Below, one piece after another: positions 19,243-28,168 of a stretch of DNA of 64,000 nt. Made by a program: the position numbers and the translations under genes. The notes beneath the pieces were generated by a model. That model had not been told where the DNA came from. It saw only the letters and a list, made by a program, of their open reading frames with translations, and searched no databases. Each line of letters opens with the position of its first letter. Position 1 is the first letter of the stretch. This stretch comes from an uncultured Pseudomonadota bacterium (lineage in GTDB: Bacteria; Oederibacteriota; Muellerivitia; Muellerivitales; Muellerivitaceae): assembly GCA_963770835.1 (NCBI GenBank), contig CAVYRH010000005.1, positions 32,001-96,000 of the forward strand, given 5' to 3'.

Positions 19243-20869
19243 TGGGGTTTATTTAACGGTTTTTCCTCCTTCCGGGAAGGGTACCCGAGTGACGGTGGAC
19301 GATGTAAAAAAAGAGTTACAAAAATATAGCATCAATGTTGATAATCCGGCCGTCCTAAACCAGGCGGTGACCCAAGCCACCGGCAAACCTCAAAAGATTA
19401 CAAGTTCAAAACCTGACAGCTCACAAGAACAGGTTTTTGTTGAAATTAGCGATGATGAGATGCAAGCCAAGATTACAGTGGTTCCTCCTCAAAGCGAAAA
19501 CGATCATTTCGCCACGATTGACGATGTTCGTAATGCCTTGAAACGCCGCAACGTCGTTTATGGTATCGATGAAACCCGGCTTGCTGAACTTTCCGCCAAA
19601 CTTTCCAATCTGGAAACCTCCAAAAATATCAATGAACCTATTGAGATGGAGACCGCCTTCGGAACTCCCGTCACCAACGGGGAAGACGCCCGAATTGAGT
19701 ATCTCTATAAAAAAACCGAGGAGGACACTCCGGCTCCGGTGGCCGAAGACGAAGAAGGCCGGGTCGATTACCGTGCGGCGCACAAAATCGACAATGTCAC
19801 AAAAGGCACCCTGCTCGCCCGGAAAATCCCTCCCACCAAGGGTATGTCGGGAATGACGGTGACAGGTAAAACTTTGGCCGCAGTCGATGGCAAGGATATC
19901 GATGTGAGTATGGGCAAGGGAGTAGCGGTTTCGCCGGACAACAAGGACGAATGGATCGCGGATGCCGACGGACAAGTTGTCATCAAAGAAAACAAGATCT
20001 CCGTACTGGCTCTTTATGAAATACCGGGGGACGTTAACCTTTCCACGGGCAATATTGATTTCATTGGAACTGTCATTATTCGGGGAGATGTCAAGGACGG
20101 TTTTAAGGTTTTCGCCGGGGAAGACTTGGTTGTCAACGGCGTGGTGGAAGGCGCAGAACTCAAGTGTGGCGGGAAATTATCCATTGCGGGCGGGGTGAGC
20201 GGGAACGACAAGGCCAAAATTTTTTGTGCGGGTGACGCCAATATTAAATACATCCGCAATGCCATTGTGGATGTGGGCGGTAGCCTGACTTCCGGCCAAG
20301 CCATCATGCACTGTAAAGTGACCGTTGGCAAAAAAGTGTCAGTGGCTGGCCAAAAGGGCGTCATCGTGGGAGGGCAGGTCATTGCCGGCGAACAAGTTCA
20401 CGCGGCTTCCATGGGCTCTAATTTTGCGACCCCCACTGAAATCATCGTGGGCGAGGCGATCGGCTTAAGGGATGAGCTCCAAAGAATGGAGAACGAATTA
20501 AAGGCGGCTTTAGAAAACCTAGATAAGACCAAAAAAGGAATCCAATTTTTAAAAGATCTCCAGGTAAAGATGGGCGGCAATCTTCCGCCCGACAAAAAAG
20601 AACTTTTGACTAAACTTACCCGGGCCCAATTCAAGCTGATGGCTGATACTAAGACACTGGCGGAAAAGAAACAGGACATCGAGAAGAAAGAACAAGAGAG
20701 CTCAGAGGAGCGCCGGCGTCACGCCAAGGTGACCTGCATGGGCATTATCCACACCGGGGTTAAGATCACGATAAATAAGGCTTCCCGTCAAATTTCAGAG
20801 GAACTGAAATACTGTACCCTTACTGAATCAGACGGTGAAATCAAAGTTGGTCCATTCCGGGGGAATTAA
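19190..20869 (+). CDS. fapA: FapA (DUF342) family flagellar assembly protein
   Basis: ATG 19190 follows GGAGG. Motifs GRVDYR, GDVNLSTGNIDFIGTV and Gly-rich beta-helix repeats, followed by a coiled coil. Confidence 0.88.
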   Translation: MALLKDVNGYTTITTESDGVYLTVFPPSGKGTRVTVDDVKKELQKYSINVDNPAVLNQAVTQATGKPQKITSSKPDSSQEQVFVEISDDEMQAKITVVPPQSENDHFATIDDVRNALKRRNVVYGIDETRLAELSAKLSNLETSKNINEPIEMETAFGTPVTNGEDARIEYLYKKTEEDTPAPVAEDEEGRVDYRAAHKIDNVTKGTLLARKIPPTKGMSGMTVTGKTLAAVDGKDIDVSMGKGVAVSPDNKDEWIADADGQVVIKENKISVLALYEIPGDVNLSTGNIDFIGTVIIRGDVKDGFKVFAGEDLVVNGVVEGAELKCGGKLSIAGGVSGNDKAKIFCAGDANIKYIRNAIVDVGGSLTSGQAIMHCKVTVGKKVSVAGQKGVIVGGQVIAGEQVHAASMGSNFATPTEIIVGEAIGLRDELQRMENELKAALENLDKTKKGIQFLKDLQVKMGGNLPPDKKELLTKLTRAQFKLMADTKTLAEKKQDIEKKEQESSEERRRHAKVTCMGIIHTGVKITINKASRQISEELKYCTLTESDGEIKVGPFRGN

Positions 20870-20959
20870 AAAGTTGCCGGAAGATTTGTTTTGTGAAGTG
20901 GAATTCGGGGACAAGCCCACTTTCCACCCCAATAAGCTCATATTGATTTGAGGGCCTGA

Positions 20960-21601
20960 ATGGATATTTTTTTGATTTTACAAATAATGTTTGACTCAGT
21001 TTTGCTTTTTGGGATTCTTTTTTTATTCCATTTTTCTGTAAATCAAACCCAAAAGAAAAAGGAAGAATGGGATATTCTAAAAAATGCACAGGTCCAGGAA
21101 ATTAAGGAAAACTTGCAGGAACTTTTGCTGACTTTGAAGCAGCTCGGAAAAGAAGTTTCGGATAATATCCAGGAACAGGTTCAGGAAGCTGAACAAAAAA
21201 CCGAAGTTTTTAAAAAAGTGATCGTGAAAATTCAACGGGATCTTCAAAAGACGGTAAAGCTTGCAGAAGAAGTGAGCACCGAGAGGGTTCATTTGGAGGA
21301 AAAGCTCAGGGCCATCGAAACCGCAAAAAAAAACTTAGCTCCCAAGTCCCCCGCCATCCCTGAACCCCTCCTGGGTTATGGTAAAGATGAGAAAGTGGAA
21401 ATACCACGAGCTTCGAAAAGAATTGGTTTTGGGAAGGCCGAGGGCGCTCTTGGTTTTTCTTCTGGAGTGGTTCGAGAAGTCTACCGGTTATCGGATAAGA
21501 AAATAGAAATAGGAGAGATCGTTCAACGCACCCAATTGAGTAGGGCGGAAGTCCAGTTGATACTGAATTTACGGGGGAATGGTTTTACAACTCCCAATTG
21601 A
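20960..21601 (+). CDS. Membrane-anchored coiled-coil protein with C-terminal HTH-like motif (DUF6115/DUF2802-like)
   Basis: N-terminal TM, coiled coil, C-terminal VYRLSDKKIEIGEIVQRTQLSRAEVQLILNL. This type of ORF is typical of flagellar clusters. Confidence 0.7.
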   Translation: MDIFLILQIMFDSVLLFGILFLFHFSVNQTQKKKEEWDILKNAQVQEIKENLQELLLTLKQLGKEVSDNIQEQVQEAEQKTEVFKKVIVKIQRDLQKTVKLAEEVSTERVHLEEKLRAIETAKKNLAPKSPAIPEPLLGYGKDEKVEIPRASKRIGFGKAEGALGFSSGVVREVYRLSDKKIEIGEIVQRTQLSRAEVQLILNLRGNGFTTPN

Positions 21602-22317
21602 GGACGAACGTCCCCGGGATAGTGATCCAACCGAGGGGTAGGCCCACTCCTCCAAAAAAAAAGGAAAGTGGGATGGAAAAAGTTTTCTCGGTGCATATGA
21701 GTGGTCCTTCGCCGGTTGCGGGGTTGAACGCTGGATTATCTCAGACGGGTTTTAGACTGGGAAGAATCGAAAAGTTACTTGATTCGGGGCGGTTTATGGC
21801 GCTGTTAGAAAACGGGAAACGAGTTACTGTCGAGGGTTCTCCGATCTTGAAAATTGGCAACCGAGTGCGGGTTTTTCCGTCCTCGGATGGTTTGCAGAGG
21901 GCTAAAACTGGGGAAAGGGAACTATCAAACTCCCCTTTGAAGGAAAATGGAACTCTGTGGTCTGCTTTCCTGCCACTGGGTTTTGGGGGGCGGGGAGCAT
22001 CTGTTAGGCTTCAGGCTTTTATTGAAGTCAAAACGCAAAACGGGTTCGTGAAAAGTTCTCGTGCTGTTTATTTCGTCATTTGGACGCAAACTGAAAAGTT
22101 GGGCGAAATTCAATGGAGCATTTATTTAAAGGGGAAGCTGGTTTACCTCCAGGTTTTTTCTGATGAGGGGAGCCGTGAAAAGGAAGATTTGAGAACCCTG
22201 GTGGTGGGGGTGGAACGGGGTCTGAAGCGCCTTGGTTTTGTACTAGCGGCTCCCACGGTTTATTTGGGCCGTCCTTTCAGAGTCCCTGAAGGTTTTCATC
22301 TGAACTTAAAGGGTTGA
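21598..22317 (+). CDS. Hypothetical protein with weak FliK C-terminal-like domain (start may be ATG 21673)
   Basis: TEKLGEIQWSIYLKGKLVYLQVF resembles the LGxxxxxI beta-hairpin of Flg_hook domains. Lies directly upstream of the FlhB-like switch gene. Confidence 0.55.
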   Translation: MRTNVPGIVIQPRGRPTPPKKKESGMEKVFSVHMSGPSPVAGLNAGLSQTGFRLGRIEKLLDSGRFMALLENGKRVTVEGSPILKIGNRVRVFPSSDGLQRAKTGERELSNSPLKENGTLWSAFLPLGFGGRGASVRLQAFIEVKTQNGFVKSSRAVYFVIWTQTEKLGEIQWSIYLKGKLVYLQVFSDEGSREKEDLRTLVVGVERGLKRLGFVLAAPTVYLGRPFRVPEGFHLNLKG

Positions 22318-22321
22318 TACC

Positions 22322-22627
22322 TTGAGCCCGGAATCGAGAATGCCCCGAAGAAGGAGCGGTCGAAAGGCCGCTGTGGCGATCCAATATGACCGTGAAGCTA
22401 TGTCGGCCCCGAAGCTGGTGGCAAAAGGACGTGGAATTGTGGCAGAGCGCCTGATCGCGCTGGCCCGGGAAAACCACATCCCTGTGGTGGAGGACAAGTT
22501 GCTGGTGGAAGCCCTGGATCAATTGAATTTGAACCAGGAAATACCCGGAGAGCTTTATCAGGTTGTGGCGGAAATCTTAGTGGCGGTTTACAAAGCGGAG
22601 TCTGGATCGAAACGAAAAGGTTCTTGA
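22322..22627 (+). CDS. Small FlhB C-terminal-like switch protein (EscU/YscU family, YlqH/FlhX-like)
   Basis: AVAIQYD, APKLVAKGRG, ARENHIPVVED, EIPGELYQVVAEIL. Confidence 0.92.
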   Translation: MSPESRMPRRRSGRKAAVAIQYDREAMSAPKLVAKGRGIVAERLIALARENHIPVVEDKLLVEALDQLNLNQEIPGELYQVVAEILVAVYKAESGSKRKGS

Positions 22628-22631
22628 TTTT

Positions 22632-24818
22632 ATGAAGCGCCGGTTTTTCCGGCGCGGGAGAGGCCGTCCATTGCGACATATTCAATCATGCCTTAACGCT
22701 TTATTTGGCGCTTCCCGGGTGGCGTTTTATCAGACTTGGCTGAGGTTAGCTTTCCTTTTAGCGGTACCCGTAGTGGCCGGCGCCCAAAGCGGCCCTACGA
22801 CCCAATTGATTTTTGGGCAACCGAATTCCTTTGGAATTGGCCCAAGGGCCATGGGCATGGGTGGCGCCTTCACCGCTGTGGCGGATGACGCCTCAGCCGC
22901 TTATTGGAATGCCGCGGGTTTGGCCCAACTTTCTTCCTACGAAATTTCGCTCTCCAGCGCGCCCGTTTATTTCGATAATATTTCACCCCAACCGCCGACC
23001 GTTTCTAATCCCCCCTCCTGGCAGGGCTTTGATTTTCCCTGGTATGAATCCTTACAATTCATGTTTCCCATAGCCAAAGAGAATACGCTGGGGATATCCC
23101 TTTTCCGGCCCTTTCACCCCCAAATGGATTATTTTCCAGGACAGCCTAATTTGAGTACTGCGGATCGGGAGGAAGCTAGTTATATCCTCAATCCTACTTT
23201 TCAGGAGAGCATTATCCAGCTATCCTATGCCGCCCGGTTATCGGCGGTGAGAAATTTCTCCGTGGGTATCAGCGTTAAACGGATCACGAATGATCCCTAT
23301 TATCTCCTACCTGGCCCGCCAGGTTTGGTGGGCCAGGTACCAAGCGCCCCCCGAGTCATCGGTTATGGACTCGACCTGGGCCTTTTGTACCGAATTCCTA
23401 TTACGAAGTATTCCGAAGAATTGCGCGTCGGATTGGCCATCAACAACTTGGTGGCGAATGTCACCTATCCCAACGGTATCAATGTGGTGGACGTGCCCAG
23501 TGGTAATACTTCTGCTGTTAGCATTGGCGGCGGCACAAACATACAAATACCTCCCCAAATCACCCTCGGCTTGGCTTATAAAAATGACTTCCTTTTTAAG
23601 ATTCGCAACATTACGGCGTTTGATTTCGATCAAATATCGGATCCGGATTTTACAAACGCTTATAACAAATACATTCGCTTCGGAACCGAGTTTTGGTTTT
23701 TGAAGGATGTCCTTGGCGTGCGGGCGGGTTATTCCACGCCTTTAAGTAGTCCGGGGGATATTAGCATTGGAGGAAGCATTCGAGCTTTAGGCGGGGATTT
23801 CCAAATCGATGCCGCTTATCTTTTCCCGGTGGCTCCCCAAGCTTCCGTTTCCCAAGGGTCGGCTATTGGCACCTATTCCACCGGCGGGTATGATTTCGAA
23901 CCCTTTAACATCGGTATCGCCTACCGCTTTGGCGGCGGCGAAGAGATCCCGCCTCCTAAAGTTGGTGCTTTTGTCAGGCCATCTTCCTTTACGCCCTCGC
24001 AAGGTGAAAAAGCCACATTTTACTTAGACACGACCGAGGATGTTTCGGTTAACCGTTGGAGCGTTTTAATTTACGACTCTTCCAACCATTTGGTTCGTGG
24101 TTTAAGGGGAAGTGGCTCTCCGCCCACAAAATTGGTTTGGCAGGGAGAAAACGACCAGTACGAACCACTTCCTCCGGGGGTTTACACATGGTCATTCCAG
24201 GTCCTGGATAATTTGGATCATATCGGTTCCACGCCTGTTCAAACGGTTGAGGTTCTTGGCCCGCCGGAAGCGGGGGTCAAGGATCCCAGCAAGCTATTGG
24301 CACTGCGACAGCAACAAGCAGGACTTTTGGCCCAAGAACGGCAACAATTAAGCACTTTGGCCCAACTAAATCTCCAAAAATTGTTGGGAACTGAAGAGGC
24401 AACTCCTACCGTTACTACCCCTCCGGTGGAAGCCAATGGAAATACATTGGTTCCGGAGGCGGGAGGGGTACCCGCCATTGGGTTTACCAATTTGACCCCA
24501 GACCAGGTTTTAACAGCCCATTTTGATAAGAATTCTGCGGGAGAGACGACCGTGGCGATAAGTTACCGTTCCCAACTCACTTATGGGCCTTACCTTTACC
24601 AAGAGGCTGCTGATGTGATTAAAGCCAGCGTGAAAACCGTAGGAACCGGTTTAAAAGCCATAACGACTCGTGTATATTATGGGAAAAATGAATTGACCCT
24701 GGTAACACCCACGGAAGTCGCGGCTAATTATGCTACAGGCCGGATCGGCTCGTCACAGTTAATGCAATTATCCGACGTTCATATTAATGGCGTAAAGGTG
24801 GGACCGAATGTTCAATAA
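22632..24818 (+). CDS. PorV/PorQ(FadL)-like outer-membrane beta-barrel fused to a FlgD-Ig-like domain and an unknown C-terminal domain
   Basis: Signal peptide; GPRAMGMGGAFTAVADDASAAYWNAAGL; barrel ends IAYRFG; then WSVLIYDSSNHLVR...LVWQGEND...PPGVYT. Confidence 0.75.
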   Translation: MKRRFFRRGRGRPLRHIQSCLNALFGASRVAFYQTWLRLAFLLAVPVVAGAQSGPTTQLIFGQPNSFGIGPRAMGMGGAFTAVADDASAAYWNAAGLAQLSSYEISLSSAPVYFDNISPQPPTVSNPPSWQGFDFPWYESLQFMFPIAKENTLGISLFRPFHPQMDYFPGQPNLSTADREEASYILNPTFQESIIQLSYAARLSAVRNFSVGISVKRITNDPYYLLPGPPGLVGQVPSAPRVIGYGLDLGLLYRIPITKYSEELRVGLAINNLVANVTYPNGINVVDVPSGNTSAVSIGGGTNIQIPPQITLGLAYKNDFLFKIRNITAFDFDQISDPDFTNAYNKYIRFGTEFWFLKDVLGVRAGYSTPLSSPGDISIGGSIRALGGDFQIDAAYLFPVAPQASVSQGSAIGTYSTGGYDFEPFNIGIAYRFGGGEEIPPPKVGAFVRPSSFTPSQGEKATFYLDTTEDVSVNRWSVLIYDSSNHLVRGLRGSGSPPTKLVWQGENDQYEPLPPGVYTWSFQVLDNLDHIGSTPVQTVEVLGPPEAGVKDPSKLLALRQQQAGLLAQERQQLSTLAQLNLQKLLGTEEATPTVTTPPVEANGNTLVPEAGGVPAIGFTNLTPDQVLTAHFDKNSAGETTVAISYRSQLTYGPYLYQEAADVIKASVKTVGTGLKAITTRVYYGKNELTLVTPTEVAANYATGRIGSSQLMQLSDVHINGVKVGPNVQ

Positions 24819-26358
24819 AGTTTCAGCCGCAGCCCTCTTGGCTTTTTTCTTGGCCTTTTCCATGGGATACGCGGCTTTTGACAAGGGCGGGGTTTCCGGT
24901 GACGGAGCCAGGCCCTTGGGTATGGGGGGGGCATTTGCCTCCATTGCGGATTCGGGTGATGCGATTTTTTACAATCCGGCCGGTTTGGTCCAGATCCTGA
25001 GGCCCGAGATATCCGGAATGGGAGCGGTTATCCTCAATGGCAAAGAGGATTTATTCGATCTGGCTTATGTCCAACCCTTTGGTGACCAAATGGCATGGGC
25101 TCTTTCCACCCAACAACTTCTCTTTACGGATGGCTCTGAGAACGAGAGGATCTATTTGGGAACATTTGCTGCCCCCTTGGCTATTGATAAATCCATTTCT
25201 TTTGGCTTGAACGTCAAATTGTACGGAGTGGATTCAGCCAGCCAGCCGGGTCAACAGGCAAGCGGACTGGGTATGGACATGGGCTTCCTCTATCATCTAC
25301 CCATTCTTGACCCCCGCTACGGAAAACAGATTAATATCGGGCTTTGCGCTCAGGATTTGGATACTACCATCAGGTATCAAGCTGGAAACGAAGACCCCGT
25401 GGCCTTAAGCGTTAAGGGCGGTGCCAGTTACGAATTCACCGATGATTTGGTCACAGCCTTCGAATTCGAAAGCATCAACGACCCTAATTTAGGCGACCAC
25501 ACCTTGCTTCATGCCGGTATTGAAGGATGGTTTTTTGAGGACCACTTGGGTTTAAGGACAGGTTACAGCGATTTCATGACATTGCCGGGACAGTTTACAG
25601 CGGGCATTAGTTACCGTTCCAACACCTGGGGCATTGATTACGCCTATATCGGCCATCCCCAATATTTGGGTTCCTCCCACAGAATTTCGGCTAGCTGGAG
25701 ATTCGGCGAATCATTCCTGGGTAAAGTGAAAAGCTTCATTCCGGAAGGCGTCAACGCTTATGTACAAGGTGATATTATCACCTTGAAATGGAATAGCTCC
25801 CCCTCGATTTCCTTGGCGGGCTATAACGTTTATTTCAGTAAAACATCCGGTGGCGGATACGTTAAGATCAATCAACAACCCATTAAGGCGAATTATTACT
25901 CCCTGCGGGGATTAGAAAAAAATACTCATTATTATTTTGTCGTGAGCTCGGTCACTAACACTATTCCACCAGTGGAAAGCCAATATTCTCGAGAGGTCCT
26001 CGCCGGAACCACTTCGGCTCCGGGTGCCCCGGTTGTAGTCCAAAGCGAAATCCAGAATGAGGGTGTTATTGACATCGGCAAACAAGCAGGGCTAGCAGGG
26101 TGGCCTGATCCGGCAAAGAACGGTTTGAAGGGATACAATATTTATATTTCGGAAGTTTCGGGCGGGCGGTTTGATAAGGTGAATCCACAGCCTATCGCCA
26201 ATGTCCCGACCTATCTTGTCCGGAAACTCAAGGTTGGACAGAGATATTACTTTAGTTTCACAAGCGTCGGAACCGATGGAACGGAAAGTGCCCATACGAA
26301 AGAATTGAACTTTGTGGCCCTCCCCTATAGTGCGGTGCTGTCAGGAAATGGCCATTAA
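24808..26358 (+). CDS. PorV/PorQ-like beta-barrel fused to two fibronectin type III domains
   Basis: GARPLGMGGAFASIADSGDAIFYNPAGL; barrel ends HRISASWRFG; two FN3 repeats (GYNVYFS...GLEKNTHYYFVVSSV and GYNIYIS...LKVGQRYYFSFTSV). Confidence 0.78.
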   Translation: MFNKVSAAALLAFFLAFSMGYAAFDKGGVSGDGARPLGMGGAFASIADSGDAIFYNPAGLVQILRPEISGMGAVILNGKEDLFDLAYVQPFGDQMAWALSTQQLLFTDGSENERIYLGTFAAPLAIDKSISFGLNVKLYGVDSASQPGQQASGLGMDMGFLYHLPILDPRYGKQINIGLCAQDLDTTIRYQAGNEDPVALSVKGGASYEFTDDLVTAFEFESINDPNLGDHTLLHAGIEGWFFEDHLGLRTGYSDFMTLPGQFTAGISYRSNTWGIDYAYIGHPQYLGSSHRISASWRFGESFLGKVKSFIPEGVNAYVQGDIITLKWNSSPSISLAGYNVYFSKTSGGGYVKINQQPIKANYYSLRGLEKNTHYYFVVSSVTNTIPPVESQYSREVLAGTTSAPGAPVVVQSEIQNEGVIDIGKQAGLAGWPDPAKNGLKGYNIYISEVSGGRFDKVNPQPIANVPTYLVRKLKVGQRYYFSFTSVGTDGTESAHTKELNFVALPYSAVLSGNGH

Positions 26359-26378
26359 TCGAATAGGAGGAGCAGGGT

Positions 26379-27173
26379 ATGCCTAGTGGGCTTTACATAG
26401 CAGCGTCGGGAATGGACGCCACTTTGATGCGGCAAGATGTTATCGCAAATAACCTTGCGAACGTAAATACCATCGGCTTTAAACAAAACCGCGCCGTGGA
26501 AATTGCTTTTCCCACGTATCTCATTGCCCGCCTGCACGACCAACGGATGAGTGTCATGGATGGGACGGCTGAAATCCGGCCAAATATTGGGGTTATGGGT
26601 GGGGGCGTCATCCCCCAGGAGATCGCCACCGATTATTCGCAGGGAGCCCATATGGACACAAAAAATCCACTGGATTTTGCATTAAACGGTCCCGGGTTCT
26701 TTTCTGTTTTGAGTCCTGAGGGGAAGACCTTTCTTACCCGTGACGGGAATTTCAGTTTGGACGCCAATGGGCGTCTGGTCACCAAAGAAGGACTCCCGGT
26801 TTTGGGCCATAACGGTGAAATATACATTGATGGAAACCAAGTTTCGGTTGATGCGGAAGGGAATATCAGCGTGGATGGGAAGGCCCTGGATCAATTACTA
26901 GTGGTCAAAGTACAGGATGAGGGAAAACTTACGAAGATGGGCTATTCATTATTTGCGGCCGACCCCACGAATAAAATTGATATGTCGCCGGATGATATCC
27001 GGGTTGAGCAGGGAACCCTGGAGCAGTCCAATGTCGATTCCATTCGGGAAATGGTAAACATGATCGATACTTACCGCTCTTACGAGCTTAATTCAAGGGT
27101 CATTTCCTCTTATGATGACATGATGAACCTGGCGGCGACCACGATTGGGACGTTGCAGCCGACGACGGCTTGA
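26379..27173 (+). CDS. flgF: Flagellar basal-body rod protein FlgF
   Basis: IANNLANVNTIGFK, TRDGNF, LEQSNVD. Lies upstream of flgG. Confidence 0.92.
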   Translation: MPSGLYIAASGMDATLMRQDVIANNLANVNTIGFKQNRAVEIAFPTYLIARLHDQRMSVMDGTAEIRPNIGVMGGGVIPQEIATDYSQGAHMDTKNPLDFALNGPGFFSVLSPEGKTFLTRDGNFSLDANGRLVTKEGLPVLGHNGEIYIDGNQVSVDAEGNISVDGKALDQLLVVKVQDEGKLTKMGYSLFAADPTNKIDMSPDDIRVEQGTLEQSNVDSIREMVNMIDTYRSYELNSRVISSYDDMMNLAATTIGTLQPTTA

Positions 27174-27247
27174 TAAATGAGACAGGGCTGAAATTGGCGT
27201 GAGGAGGATTTGGGAAGAGTAGAAATTGAAAAGTTTGTAAGTGAAGT

Positions 27248-27343
27248 CAACGGCCGGACTGCATTGCGGAGGCCGTTGCCGCCGCTGAATGACCGAAGCG
27301 GCGGAAAAATCGAAAGAGGTGCGATGCCGTACCTCGTTTTCGA
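27248..27343 (+). promoter_or_regulatory. Three tandem hairpins in the flgG leader (candidate cis-regulatory RNA)
   Basis: H1 caacggcc-GGA-ctgc-att-gcgg-A-ggccgttg (27248-27278); H2 ccgccgct-gaatgaccga-agcggcgg (27279-27304); H3 tcgaaa-gaggtgcg-atgc-cgtacctc-gt-tttcga (27310-27343). RBS GAGGAGG at 27349-27355. Confidence 0.7.
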
Positions 27344-27360
27344 ATCTTGAGGAGGCTTTT

Positions 27361-28155
27361 ATGCAGTCTTTGTACACAGCGGCCACTGGAATGTCCGCCC
27401 AACAGTTGAACATTGATACGATCTCTAACAACTTGGCGAACGTCAGCACCAGCGGCTTCAAAGCCCAAAGGGTGGATTTTCAGGACCTTATGTATCTCAA
27501 CTTGAAACCGGCGGGAACCCCGACTTCTCCCGAAACCAACACGCCGATAGGTCTTCAAATTGGCGAAGGAGTCAAACCGGTCAATACCCAGAGGATTTTC
27601 ACCGAAGGGGCAATCCAAAATACGAATAATCCGCTGGATATTCTCATCGAAGGAAACAGCGGCTTTTTTCAAGTGACGCTGCCCAACGGCCAAACGGCTT
27701 ACACCCGGGATGGTTCCTTCCAAATGGATGGAAATGGCAACATTGTGACGTCAGACGGTTACTTTTTGGAGCCACCCGTTCAAGTCCCAGCGCAAACCAC
27801 TCAAATCCAAATCACTCCCGCTGGCCAGATTATGGTTCAAGTTGCCGGTTCCCCCCAGCAAACCCAGATAGGCCAGATTGAATTGACCAATTTCGTGAAT
27901 CCTGCCGGCTTAGAGGCGATGGGTCACAATCTCTTCGTGCAAACGGCAGCCTCGGGTGATCCGATCCAAGGGACTCCGGGTTCTGTCGGCTTTTCCAATA
28001 TTCAACAGGGCTCCTTGGAATCTTCCAATGTCGATGTGGTCACGGAAATGGTGAATTTGATTGTGGCCCAAAGAGCGTATGAAATGAACTCTAAAGCCGT
28101 TTCAACGTCGGACGATATGATGTCGATCTTGGCTAATATGAAGCAATTCCCGTGA
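27361..28155 (+). CDS. flgG: Flagellar distal rod protein FlgG
   Basis: MQSLYTAATGMSAQQ, NNLANVST, YTRDGSF, LESSNVDVVTEMV. ATG 27361 follows a strong RBS. Confidence 0.97.
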   Translation: MQSLYTAATGMSAQQLNIDTISNNLANVSTSGFKAQRVDFQDLMYLNLKPAGTPTSPETNTPIGLQIGEGVKPVNTQRIFTEGAIQNTNNPLDILIEGNSGFFQVTLPNGQTAYTRDGSFQMDGNGNIVTSDGYFLEPPVQVPAQTTQIQITPAGQIMVQVAGSPQQTQIGQIELTNFVNPAGLEAMGHNLFVQTAASGDPIQGTPGSVGFSNIQQGSLESSNVDVVTEMVNLIVAQRAYEMNSKAVSTSDDMMSILANMKQFP

Positions 28156-28168
28156 AATCCATCGTCGC

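Noticed and set aside
22632..22665. Twin-arginine-like KRRFF at the start of the barrel protein
   Set aside because: The start codon is uncertain, the hydrophobic region is distant, and beta-barrels normally use Sec.
27289..27360. N-terminal extension of FlgG in the ORF track
   Set aside because: Homology and a strong RBS point to ATG 27361, so the extension is leader sequence.
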